A DNA stretch of 64,000 nucleotides from positions 48,298,001-48,362,000 of the forward strand of contig OZ038379.1 in NCBI GenBank assembly GCA_964036045.1, in the 5' to 3' direction. Position 1 is the first letter of the stretch, and each line of letters opens with the position of its first letter. Below the pieces are notes generated by a model that saw only the letters and a list, made by a program, of their open reading frames with translations, was not told the origin of the DNA and made no database searches. Below, in pieces: positions 51,527 to 62,964 of the stretch. The position numbers were made by a program, and so were the translations under genes. Source of the DNA: Eutreptiella sp. 'Long Island Sound 2002'. Taxonomy: Eukaryota > Protista > Euglenida.

Positions 51527-51635
51527 GTACTTGTATGAAAAGTAGTATTGTTCATTGTTCATTTTTGATACATGAACGATTCATATATGAAACATGAACT
51601 ATAAACAGCTTTTATGAACGCTTGTTTGTCCACAG
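51527..51635 (+). other. Fold-back GT-AG intron 1 (109 nt)
   Basis: gtactt...gtccacag; gttcat x2 followed by atgaac x3. The acceptor position and phase match the homolog at 6123. Confidence 0.65.
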
Positions 51636-52364
51636 ATTTTGTTACGTCTTACCCTTACTCCGTCTTCACGGAGCTGAACATGATGCTTGTTCGGCTCAGT
51701 GGTGCCACCGCTCTTCTGGACAGCAAGTGTTCCAACCTGTTGGCACAATGGATGTCATCGTCCCCCCTCATCCGGGCCCGTTTCACGGAGGCAATGGACC
51801 ACGTTCCCCTCCCGGCGGTCCACAAAACCAAGGTGCGGGCCATCCGTACGTATGCGGCACCCTTTCTCGCACCCTATCTGATAGGGCTCCTTTTGGAGTT
51901 GGGTGCACCCCGGTCCGGCTTCCGTGTATTGTGTGAGTACATCACCCGCCAGGGCGATGCCTACACCGCCCGCACCGGGCTGCCCTTCCCATGGCCCATC
52001 GCCACACTTGACCAATTTGACGCAACGTGGAGGTCATTGACCGCTCCGCTTGCGTTGTCCCCCCCCGGTGGAATGTGCCGACCCCCCGTCGTCGGGTCGC
52101 TGCTAGCCACTACGGTCTTGGACACAATCCGTGCAATTCTGGCCAGCCCTGCGCCAGTCTATTGATTGGACCCGCCCCCTCACCTTTGTGGTGCGGGGTG
52201 ACGGGTATCCTTGGGCCGGTGGAAGTTGGTCGCAGCTATCCGTGGGGCTATTGAGCCATGGGGTAAAGGCGCGAACACGTGCCTTCCTATGGGGCATCGG
52301 CATGGCCCTCACGGGGGACAAGGATATGGTTGCCCTCGGCCAAATTTGGGCTTAGGTGCTTCAG

Positions 52365-52523
52365 GTTTGTAGTCTGCATTTTCGTGTTCATATGTTGTTC
52401 ATAATTCGCGGGTTCATAATTCGAAAACCGCCGTCATAAAACGCCGTGCTGCCAATTGATGAATTATGAACGTGCTTTATGAACACGAATTATGAACACG
52501 TGTTATGAACATACGTCCTACAG
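52365..52523 (+). other. Fold-back GT-AG intron 2 (159 nt)
   Basis: cag|gtttgt...gtcctacag; gttcataattcg pairs with cgaattatgaac (12 bp), and cgtgttcata pairs with tatgaacacg. Confidence 0.75.
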
Positions 52524-52884
52524 TCCATTGTCGGCTGCAAAAAAAATTTACTGGTGCAACAGCTGGGTGCCGGCAGCGGTCCTCCTTGGTGGGCACCAGC
52601 CGTGGCGCCGGAGGGTGCTGGGCGTCACCATGGCTCCCCAAGTGGGGAGCATTTTCAATGAGGCCGTGCGGGACAGCACGGCCAAGCGGTGGAACACTGC
52701 TTCGGGGAGCCGGGGTCGCACTATTTGGTGTTCCTCGCCGCTTCACTTCTAAGCACCACCCCCCAAGCACCCTCCACCCAAGCGCCCTCTGCGACCCACC
52801 TTTATTACTCTTCGCCCATCCATGGACGACGCCGAGCTGAGGAAGCTGCTGGAGGAGGGTCAAAAGGCCACCCTCCCCCTGGTG

Positions 52885-53051
52885 GTATGTTGTCTGTCTG
52901 ATGTTGTTTGCCTTCATATTGCGTTCATAATTCGGCGTTCATAAAACCGAATCTGCCGTCATAAATGAATTATAAACCGATTTATGAACTCATGAATTAT
53001 GAACCGGTTTTATGAACGATATATGAATAGCTTCCCCCGCGTCCACAAGAG
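52885..53051 (+). other. Fold-back GT-AG intron 3 (167 nt)
   Basis: gtg|gtatgt...gtccacaagag|cag; cgttcataaaaccg pairs with cggttttatgaacg (14 bp). Removal is phase 0 and frame-preserving. Confidence 0.75.
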
Positions 53052-54115
53052 CAGCGGCTGGCAGCCCAAGGTCCAGCTCAAGCTCAAGCTCAAGCTCAAG
53101 CTCAAGCTCCACCCCCAACTCCACCTCAAGCGCCTCCGCCCCCTCAAGCCTACTCCTCCGGGCGACCCCCTGCCGCTCACCCCGCCTCCCCACCCGCCGG
53201 CGACTCCTCGAGTGAGGAGTCGTTGGACTCGTTGGAGCAGGAGAGGAAGAGGAGGAAGAAGGAGAGGAAGAAGGAGGAGACGAAGAGGAAGAAGGAGAAG
53301 AAGAAGGAGGAAAAGAGGAAGAAGAAGGAGGAAGCGGGGGGGAGGGGGGTGAAGGAGGAGGAGGCCGCGACCGACATCGAGGAGGTGAAGGCCGAGATGG
53401 AGGATGTGGCAGTGGAGGGGGACGCAGGGGGTGCAGGGGGGGAGGGGGTTTTGGTTGTGACCCCGTGGTTGAGGGGGGAAGCCGGCGATGCACGGGGCCT
53501 GGACCAGGCCAACCAGCGCAACGTGCTGACCCTCCCCTGGGTGCAGGGAGCGCTGGACAGTGGGTACGCCCCCGATGCCCCCCCTTTTTGGAGCACCGAG
53601 GTGACATACATCACCCTGCGCTAGGCATTTCACTGCCTTTTGCGGCACCGCATCCGCAAAAAGGGTGCGGGGGGGGGCCTGGCGGCACACAGGGGGGGCA
53701 TGGGCATGGAAACCCGAACCGGGAAAGCCCCTGTCCCCCATCTCCGAACCAATTGGTGCCGGGGATTCGACGCAGGCCAAAGTTTTTAGGGCATTGGGAA
53801 CTGTGCTTCCTCCACTGGGAGGAAAGGGGGTGGGTGAAGCCGCAGCGCTCCGGGCGCAAGTTGGAGTGTATCCCCTAGTGGGTATCCATTTTGGGGGGGG
53901 GGGTGTATGACCCGGGGCAGGAAGCCTCGTAGGAGGGGGGCGTTGACGGCCTCACCATCACCCGCCCCATCAAGCCCCTTGGCCGGGCAGCCCCAGCCAC
54001 CAACAGCACCACGTCCCCTACGGGCCCCCCCCAGGGCACCCCTCCCAGTGCAGCTACGCATTTCCGGACCGCCCTGGGCGCAGTGGGCACCGTCGGACCA
54101 GAGCCGGATTTCAAG

Positions 54116-54244
54116 GTATCTGCTTTCATAATTGGTTCGAAATTCACTCATAATTCGGCGTTCATAATTCACCGACCCTGCACTGCCCGCTTTTGAACCA
54201 TGAATGTGTTTTATGAACGCGTTTTATGAACGGCACTGTCACAG
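54116..54244 (+). other. Fold-back GT-AG intron 4 (129 nt)
   Basis: aag|gtatct...gtcacag|gtc; cgttcataa pairs with ttatgaacg (two copies). Phase 0 on both sides. Confidence 0.8.
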
Positions 54245-55954
54245 GTCAGGGACGTGGAAGCGAACCCGGCGGACGTCGCGGGGGTTCGCATCCGCTACCG
54301 GCTGGGCACCGCCGAGTTCAGCATCGCCCTGTCTGCCCTGTACCAGCTGCTGCCCCTCAACCCGCAACGGGGGTGCTCTATCCTGTCCGGGTTGCGGGAG
54401 TGGGAACGGTCCCGCCGCCTAACGGACACTTGGGTGGCGAATACGCGTGCTGGGCTAGCCTGGTTGAGTTGGGGTGGAAGGGCTGTGCTGACGAGGAGAT
54501 CCTGCTGTCCAGTTGTGGGTTGAACCCCCCCCGCAGCCGCACCGCCTCCCCAGCAAAGCCCCCCCGCTCGCCGAGAAACCCAACCCCCGCCCTACCCCCC
54601 CCCCCAAAACCCACCAAACCCAAAAAGCCCCCCACGCACAAGAGCAAGTCCTTCGAATCGAGCAGCAGCTCATCGTCGGACCAGGCACTCCCCCGTGGAG
54701 GTGGATGTCATCGTAGAGGTCTTACAGGACTACGGGTGGCAAATGCTGACACGGGCCAGACTGCAACTGCAGGCGGTGCGGTGGTCCAGACTGCTTGAAT
54801 GCCTCTCAAGTGGCCACGGTGGACAGCCTGTCCTGACCCCGGCGATGTCCTGGGACCAAGCGCTGCGGAGTCGACATAGCAGTGCCACTGTTCGTGCCTT
54901 GGTGAATGCGCTGCACAATTGCCACAAGGCCACTAGGGACGTCTGATGGGACCTGTGGTCTCAACGCTATGAAGGTGACCCTGTCCCCTCCTGGTCGGTG
55001 CTTCCGCTTCTCTGCCATGGGTGCGGCGTCATTGCGCCAGTGTGGGTGCACCAATGCGCCTCTATCCCGCTGTGTGAGTCTTGCCGCGAGTGAGCTTGCC
55101 GGGGGTGGCCCAACGTGAGGTGGGCACTAGAGCACTCACGGCGGATGTCCTCGATTGGGTGGCAAGTGATTCGTGACTCAGAGGACATACAGGTCGATGG
55201 CTTGCACAGCCTGGATGTGCCCACCTTTGACCTTCCCATGCTCCTATGGCGGGCAACGCTGGATGGTGACTCTCGGATCCTCTGTTTTGGCATCGGAGGG
55301 GAGATCAAGCGACGCACTGAGGGAGTGGGCGACTGCAGATATGGCGTGGTGCGTTCGCATGGGCAGTCGCCTACTAGGCGTCATGCTCGGGGTTCTGCAT
55401 GCTGGCGGGATGGGATGACGGGATGGACGTGGCTTCGTCCAGACGTGTGTGTGCGGTAATGGCGGATGTGATATTACAACCATCGCGACGAGCAGGTCGT
55501 GCCGGCCCGATAGTGTGCAATACCGGCGCCGCACGGACAGCTGGGACGACGTATAGCTACTCCCGTCTACCCCGGGTCGCGAATTGAAACAGTGTGGTGT
55601 CATGGGTCGTCCCGACCGGGCTAATAAGGCCCAAACCCCTGTAGGGTATTCCTATGGCACCGGGGTCTATACTAGCGGCTTGGCTACGGCAGATACGGGG
55701 GTTTCATCCTTGGGTTACTCCGGGGGAAGAAGTGACGGGGCGCACGTCGACACACTGCACCGCCGGCATTGGCCGTGCGCTGTGGGTTGCGACCATGTGA
55801 ACCCAGCAGCTAGAGCAGCATGGTGTGCTACAATTGGGTTGATGAAATGGTTTGCGTCGCCGGTGAGTAGAGGGATGCGGATGTTGCAAACTTGGGGTCC
55901 TCGTGCGGTGTCCATGGGGGCTAAGGGGCGTATGTGTATGGACTGAGGGAGTAA

Positions 55955-56245
55955 CAACGGCGTTATTGGGGTGTCCCTTGACCCCAAGATCAACTCAAGG
56001 AGGTATCGGGGCTTCGCGCGGGCCCCAAGAGAAACTTCGTGGCGGTATTGGGGTGTCCCTTGTCCCAAGGAACAAACCTGGGAGGTACGGGGGCCTCCCA
56101 CGGGCCCTAGGGGAAAATCAATGGCAGTATCGGGGTGCCCCATGATCCCAGAAACAACTCATGCAGGTACTAGGGCGTCCCTCTGACCCGAGACACAACC
56201 TAGGGGGGGTTTTGGGGCATCCCCTGACCCAGAAAGAGAACTAGC
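55955..56245 (+). repeat. ~41-bp degenerate tandem repeats, possibly right-end subterminal repeats
   Basis: g(c/a)ggtat(t/c)ggggtgtccc(t)tg(a/t)cccaag... recurs about 7 times, with alternating variants. Confidence 0.7.
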
Positions 56246-56336
56246 GGGACCTTGCCAGCAAAAAGATTGTGTATAAAGTCTTCTTTCTGATGTGGCATGT
56301 TGCTTTTGCAGTGTACACAACAAGAGGTGTGATATG

Positions 56337-56340
<4 letters not shown>

Positions 56341-56392
<52 letters not shown>
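56341..56392. repeat. (AT)26 microsatellite
   Basis: Direct reading. Confidence 0.98.
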
Positions 56393-56394
<2 letters not shown>

Positions 56395-56464
56395 TATGCT
56401 TGGAGGAAGGGGCGCGGGGGGGTTGGTGTCACAATGGGTGTGCAAAACGTTGAGGCCCCCCACC

Positions 56465-57060
56465 CCATAGGTCGCCATAGGCCCTAATAGTTCCCCGTAG
56501 GTGCCAATGGGTCCCCGAAGGGCCCCATAGGTCCCCATAGGTCCCCATGGGACCCCATAGGTCCCCATAGGCCCCCATAGGTCCCCACAAGCCCGCGTAG
56601 GTCCCCATAGGTCCCCGTAGGTCCCCATAGGCCCCCATAGGCCACCATAAATCCCCATAGGCCCCCATAGGCCCCAATAGGTCCCCATAGGTCGCCATCG
56701 ATGCCAATCAGTCCCCATGGGGGACGTATTGGGGCCTATGGGGACCTATGCGGGCCTATGGGGACCTATGGGGGCCCATGGCAACCTATGGAGACCTATG
56801 GGCACCTTTGGGGACCTACGGGGGCTTGTGGGGGCCTATGGGGGCTTGTGGGGCCAACGGTGCCCATAGGTCCCCAAAGGTCCCCATAGGTCCCCAAAGG
56901 TGCCCATAGGTGCCCATAGGGCCCCATAGGTGCCCATAGGTCCCTAAAGGTCCCCAAAGGTGCCCATAGGTCCCCATAGGTCCCCAAAAGGTGCCCATAG
57001 ATCCCCATAGGTCCCCATAGGCCCCCATGGGTCCCCAGAGGCCCCCAAAGGTGCACCAAG
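56465..57060. repeat. 10-bp satellite (gtccccatag)n with an inverted central block
   Basis: Forward at ~56465-56700, reverse (ctatggggac)n at ~56715-56860, forward again at ~56865-57060. Confidence 0.9.
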
Positions 57061-60000
57061 GTGTAGACCCCCAAAATAATTGGCGCGACCCCATGCGCCA
57101 ATTCCTCTGGGGGTCTAGACCCCCAAAATAGTTGGCGCGACCCTATGGGCCAATACCTAGGGGAGTCTAGACCCCCAAAATAATTGGCGCGACCCTATGC
57201 ACCTATTCCTATGGGGGTCTAGACCGCCAAAATCATTGGCGCGACGCTATGCACCAATACCTATGCGGGTCTAGACCCCCAAAATTTTTGGTGTGACCCT
57301 ATACACCAATTCGTATGGGGGTCTAGACACCCAAAATAATTGGCGCGACCCTATGCCCAGATTCGTATGGGGGTCTAGACCCCCAAAATAATTGGCGCGA
57401 CCCTATGCGCCAATACGTAGGGGGGTCTAGACCCCAAAAGAATTGGCGCGACCCTATACACCAATTCCCATGGGGGTCTAGACCCCCAAAATAATTGGCA
57501 CGACGCTATACACTGATTCCTATGGGGGTCTAGACCCCCAAAATAATTGGCGCGACCCTGTGCGCCAATTCTTATGGGGGTCTAGACCCCCAAAATAATT
57601 GGCGCGACCCTACGCGCCAGTTCCTATGGGGGTCTAGACGCCCAAAATAATTGGCGCGACCCTACGCGCCAATTCGTATGGGGGTCTTGACCCCCAAAAT
57701 AATTGGCACGACGCTATGTGCCAATTCCTATGGGGGTCTAAACCCCCAAAATAATTGGCACGACCCTGTGCGCCAATTCCTATGGGGATCTAGACCCCCA
57801 AAATAATTGGCGCGACCCTATGCGCCAATTCCTATGGGGGTCTTGACCCCCAAAATAATTGGCACGACGCTATGTGCCAATTCCTATGGGGGTCTAGACC
57901 CCAAAAATAATTGGCAGGACCCTATGCGCCTATTCCTATGGGGGTCTAGACCCCCAAAATAATTGGCGCGACCCTACGCGCCAATTCCTATGGGGGTCTA
58001 GACCCCCAAAAGAATTGGCGCGACCCTGCGCGCCAATTACTATGGGGGTCTAGACCCCCAAAATAATTGGCGTGCCCCTATGCTCCAATTCCTATGGGGG
58101 TCTAGACCCCCAAAATAATTGGCGCGACCCTACGCGCCAATTCCTATGGGGGTGTAGACCCGCAAAAGAATTGGCGCGACCCTACGCGCCAATTACTATG
58201 GGGGTCTAGACCCCCAAAATAATTGGCGTGCCCCTATGCGCCAATTCCTATGGGGGTCTCGACCCCCAAAATATGTGGCGCGACCCTATGCGCCAATTCC
58301 TAGGGGGGTCTAGGGGCCCAGAATAATTGTCGCGATGCTATGCGCCAATACCTATGCGGGTCTGGACCCCCAAAATAATTGGTGCGACCCTACACACCAA
58401 TTCCTATGGGGGTCTAGACCCCCAAAATAATTGGCGCGACCCTATGCCCCGGTTCGTATGGGCGTCTAGACCCCAAAAATAATTGGCGCGACCCTATGCG
58501 CCAATACCTAGGGGGGTCTAGACCCCAAAATAATTGGCGCGACCCTATACACCGATTCCCATGGGGGTCTAGACCCGCAAAATAATTGGCGCGACCCTAT
58601 ACACCGATTCCCATGGGGGTCTAGACCCGCAAAATAATTGGCACGACGCTATACACTGATTCCTATGGGGGTCTAGACCCCCAAAATAATTGGCGCGACC
58701 TTGTGCGCCAATTCTTATGGGGGTCTAGACCCCCAAAATAATTGGCACGACCCTACGCGCCAATTCCTATGGGGGTCTAGACGCCCAAAAAGATTGGCGC
58801 GACCCTACGCGCCAATTCGTATGGGGGTCTTGACCCCCAAAATAATAGGCACGACGCTATGTGCCAATTCCTATGGGGGTCTAGACGCCCAAAAAAATTG
58901 GCACGACCCTATGCGCCAATTCCTATGGGGGTCTAGACCCCCAAAATAATTGGCACGACCCTGTGCGCCAATTCCTATGGGGGTCTAGACGCCCAAAAAA
59001 ATTGGCACGACCCTATGCGCCAATTCCTATGGGGGTCTAGACCCCCAAAATAATTGGCACGACCCTGTGCGCAATTTCCTATGGGGGTCTAGACCCCCAA
59101 AAAAATTGATGCGCCCCTATGCGCCAATTCCTATGGGGGTCTAGACCCCCAAAATAATTGGCGCGACCCTACGCGCCAATTCCTATGGGGGTCTAAACCC
59201 ACAAAATAATTGGCGCGACCTTATGCACCGATTCCTATGGGCGTCTAGACCCCGAGAATAATTGGCGCGACCATATGCGCCAATGCGTAGGGGGGTCTAG
59301 ACCCCAAAATACTTGGCGCGACCCTATACACCAATTCCCATGGGGGTCTAGACCCCCAAAAAAATTGGCACGACGCTATACACTGATTCCTATGGGGGTC
59401 TAGACCCCCAAAATGATTGACCGCGACCCTGTGCGCCAATTCTTATGGGGGTCTAGACCCCCAAAAAAATTGATGCGCCCCTATGCGCCAATTCCTATGG
59501 GGGTCTAGACCCCCAAAAGAATTGGCGCGACCCTACGCGCCAATTCCTATGGGGGTCTAGACCCCCAAAAGAATTGGCGCGACCCTACGCGCCAATTACT
59601 ATGGGGGTCTAGACCCCCAGAATAATTGGCGCGCCCCTATGCGCCCGTTCCTATGGGGGTCTCGACCCCCAAAAAATGTGGCGCGACCCTATGCGCCAAT
59701 TCCTAGGGGGGTCTAGGGCCCCAAAATAATTGAGGCGACCCTACGCGCCAATTCCTAGGGGGGTCTAGACCCCCAAAATAATTCGCGCAACCCTATGCGC
59801 CAATTCCTAGGGGGGTCTAAACCCCAAAAATAATTGGCGCGAGCCTGTGCACCAGCTCCTATGGGGATCTAGACCCCCAAAAGAATTGGCGCGAACCTAC
59901 GCGCCAATTCCTATGGGGGTCTAGACCGCCAAAATAATTGGCGCGCCCCTATGCGCCAATTCCTATGGGGGTCTGGACCCCCAAAAAAATTGGTGCGACC

Positions 60001-62964
60001 CTCTACACCAATTCCTATGCAGGTCTAGACCCCCAAAATGATTGGCACGACCCTATGCAATGATTCCTATGGGGGTCTAGACCCCCAAAATAATTGGCGC
60101 GATCGTATACACCAATTCCTATGGGGGTCTAGACCCCCAAAATAATTGGTGCAACCCCATACACAAATTCCTATGGGGGTCTAGACCCCCAAAATAATTG
60201 GGACGACCCTATGCACAGATTCCTATGGGGGTCTAGACCCCCAAAATAATTGGTGCAACCCTATACACCAATTCCTATGGGGGTCTAGACCCCCAAAATA
60301 ATTGGCACGCCCCTATACACTGATTCCTATGGGGGTCTAGACCCCCAAAATAATTGGCGCGACCCTGTGCGCCCATACGTAGGGGGATCTAGACCCCAAA
60401 AAAATTGGCGTGACCCTATGCGCCAATTCCTAGGGGGGTCTAGACCCCCAAAAAAAATGGCGTGACCCTGTGCACCAATTTCTATGGGGATCTAGACCCC
60501 CAAAAGAATTGGCGCGACCCTCTGCGCCAATTCCCATGGGGGTCTAGACCGCCAAAATAATTGACGCGCCCCTATGCGCCAATTCCTATGGGGGTCTAGA
60601 CCCCCAAAATAATTGGTGCGAGCCTATGCGCCAATTCCTACGGGGGTCTAGACCCCCAAAATGATTGGCACGACCCTATGCAATGATTCCTATGGGGGTC
60701 TAGACCCCCAAAATAATTGGCGCGACCCTATACACCAATTCCTATGGGGGTCTAGACCCCCTAAATAATTGGTGCAACCCTATGCGCCCATACGTAGGGG
60801 GGTCTAGACCCCAAAATAATTTGCGTGACCCTATACACCAATTCCTATGGGGGTCTAGACCCCCAAGATAATTGGCGCGACCCTATGCAACGATTCCCAT
60901 GGGGGTCTAGACCACCAAAATAATTGGCGCGACCCTACGCACCGATTCTTATGGGGGTCTAGACCCCAAAAATAATTGGCGTGACCCCACACGCCAATAC
61001 CTAGGGGGGTCTAGACCCCCAAAATAATTGGCGCGACCCTATACACCAATTCCTATGGGGGTCTAGACCCCCAAAATAATTGGTGCAACCCTATGCGCCC
61101 ATACGTAGGGGGGTCTAGACCCCAAAATAATTTGCGTGACCCTATACACCAATTCCTATGGGGGTCTAGACCGCCAAAATAATTGACGCGCCCCTATGCG
61201 CCAATTCCTATGGGGGTCTAGACCCCCAAAAAAATTGGTGCGACCCTATGCGCCAATTCCTATGGGGGTCTAGACCCCCAAAATAATTGGCGCGACCCTA
61301 TACACAAATTCCTATGGGGTCTAGACCCCCAAAATAATTGGCACCACCCTATGCACCGATTCCTTTGGGGGTCTAGACCCCCAAAAAAATTCGCGCGACC
61401 CTATGCGCCCATACGTAGGGGGGTCTAGACCCCAAAATAATTGGCGTGACCCTATACGCCAATTCCTATGGGGGTCTAGACCCCCAAAATAATTGGCACG
61501 ACCCTATGCAATGATTCCTATGGGGGTCTGGACCCCCAAATTAATTGCCACGACCCTATGCGCCAACTCCTATGGGGGTCTAGACCCCCAAAATAATTGG
61601 TGCGACCCTATGCGCCAATTCCTGTGGGGGTCTAGACCCCAAAATAATTGGCACGACCCTATGCGCCAATTCCTATGGGGGTCTAGACCCCCAAAATAAT
61701 TGGCGCGACCCCAAGCGCCAATACCTAGGGGGGTCTAGACCCCGAAAATAAGTGGCGCGACCCCAGGCGCCAATACTTGGGGGAGTTCAGACCGCCAAAA
61801 TAGTTGGCACGACCCTATGCGCCAATTCCTATGGGGGTCTAGACCCCAAAATAATTGGCACAACCCTATGCGCCAGTTCCTATGGGGGTCTAGACCCCCA
61901 AAATAATTGGCACGACCCTATGCCCCAATTCCCATGGGGGTCTAGACCCCCAAAATAATTGGCGCGACCCCAAGCGCCAATACCTAGGGGGGTCTAGACC
62001 CCCAAAATAATTGGCGCGACCCTATGCAACGATTCCCATGGGGGTCTAGACCCCCAAAATAATTGGCGCGACCCTATGCACCGATTCTTATGGGGGTCTA
62101 GACCCCCAAAATAATTGGCGTGACCCCACACGCCAATACCTAGGGGGGTCTAGACCCCCAAAATAATTGGCGCGACCCTATACACCAATTCCTATGGGAG
62201 TCTAGACCCCCAAAATGATTGGCGCGACCCTATGCGCCTCTTCCTATGGGGGTCTAGACCCCCAAAATAATTGGCACGACCCTATGCGCCTATTCCTATG
62301 GGGGTCTAGACCCCCAAAAGAATTGGTGCGACCCTATGCGCCAATTCCTATGGGGGTCTAGACCCCCAAAATAATTGGCGCGACCCTATGCGCCTCTTCC
62401 TATGAAGGTCTAGACCCCCAAAATAATTGGCACGACCCTTTGCGTCAATTCCCATGGGGGTCTAGACCCCCAAAATAATTGGCGCGACCCTATGCGCCCA
62501 TTCCTATGGGGGTCTAGATCCCCAAAATAATTGGCGCGACGCTGTGCACCAATTCCTTTGGGGGTCTAGACCCCCAAAATAATTGGCGCGACCCTCTGCG
62601 CCAATTCCTATGGGGGTCTAGACCGCCAAAATAATTGACGCGCCCCTATGCGCCAATTCCTATGGGGGTCTACACCCCCAAAATAATTGGTGCGACCCTA
62701 TGCGCCAATTCCTATGGGGGTCTAGACCCCCAAAAAAATTTGGCACGACCCTATGCAATGATTCCTATGGGGGTCTAGACCCCCAAAATAATTGGCGCAA
62801 CCCTATACACCAATTCCTATGGGGGTCTAGACCCCCAAAATAATTGGTGCAACCCTATGCGCCCATACGTAGGGGGGTCTAGACCCCAAAATAATTTGCG
62901 TGACCCTATACACCAATTCCTATGGGGGTCTAGACCGCCAAAATAATTGACGCGCCCCTATGCG
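57061..62964. repeat. 52-bp tandem satellite, about 113 copies
   Basis: Consensus tatgggggtctagacccccaaaataattggcgcgaccctatgcgccaattcc. Confidence 0.98.

Larger units (their letters stand above)
51265..52752 (+). pseudogene. Intron-containing DDE transposase pseudogene, Transib/RAG1-like motifs
   Basis: Exons at ~51265-51526, 51636-52364 and 52524-~52750. First-Asp-like LTFVVRGDGYP and second-Asp-like VLLGG(H)QPWRRRVLG. Contains frameshifts in homopolymer runs and in-frame stops, and appears truncated before any third catalytic residue. Confidence 0.55.
52822..55459 (+). pseudogene. Second gene of the element: QA/Pro- and Lys/Glu-rich N-terminus, C-terminal CxxC...CxxC
   Basis: MDDAELRKLLEEGQKATLPLV|QRLAAQGPAQAQ... 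is in frame after splicing 52885-53051, and ...GPEPDFK|VRDVEANP... is in frame after splicing 54116-54244. The frame of ORFs 54695 and 55115 reads through stops and includes LCHGC...LCESC. Confidence 0.55.

Noticed and set aside
5841-55459. Stop-codon reassignment, suggested by long frames broken by isolated stops (for example TAG aligned with Gln)
   Set aside because: TAA, TAG and TGA all occur, they align with different residues (Tyr, Gln), and frameshifts co-occur. Ordinary decay explains this.
56200-57101. Collagen-like GPMGTYG ORFs
   Set aside because: These are translations of the 10-bp satellite.
57061-62964. CRISPR-like array of palindromic repeats
   Set aside because: Units abut directly with no unique spacers, there are no cas genes, and the context is eukaryotic.
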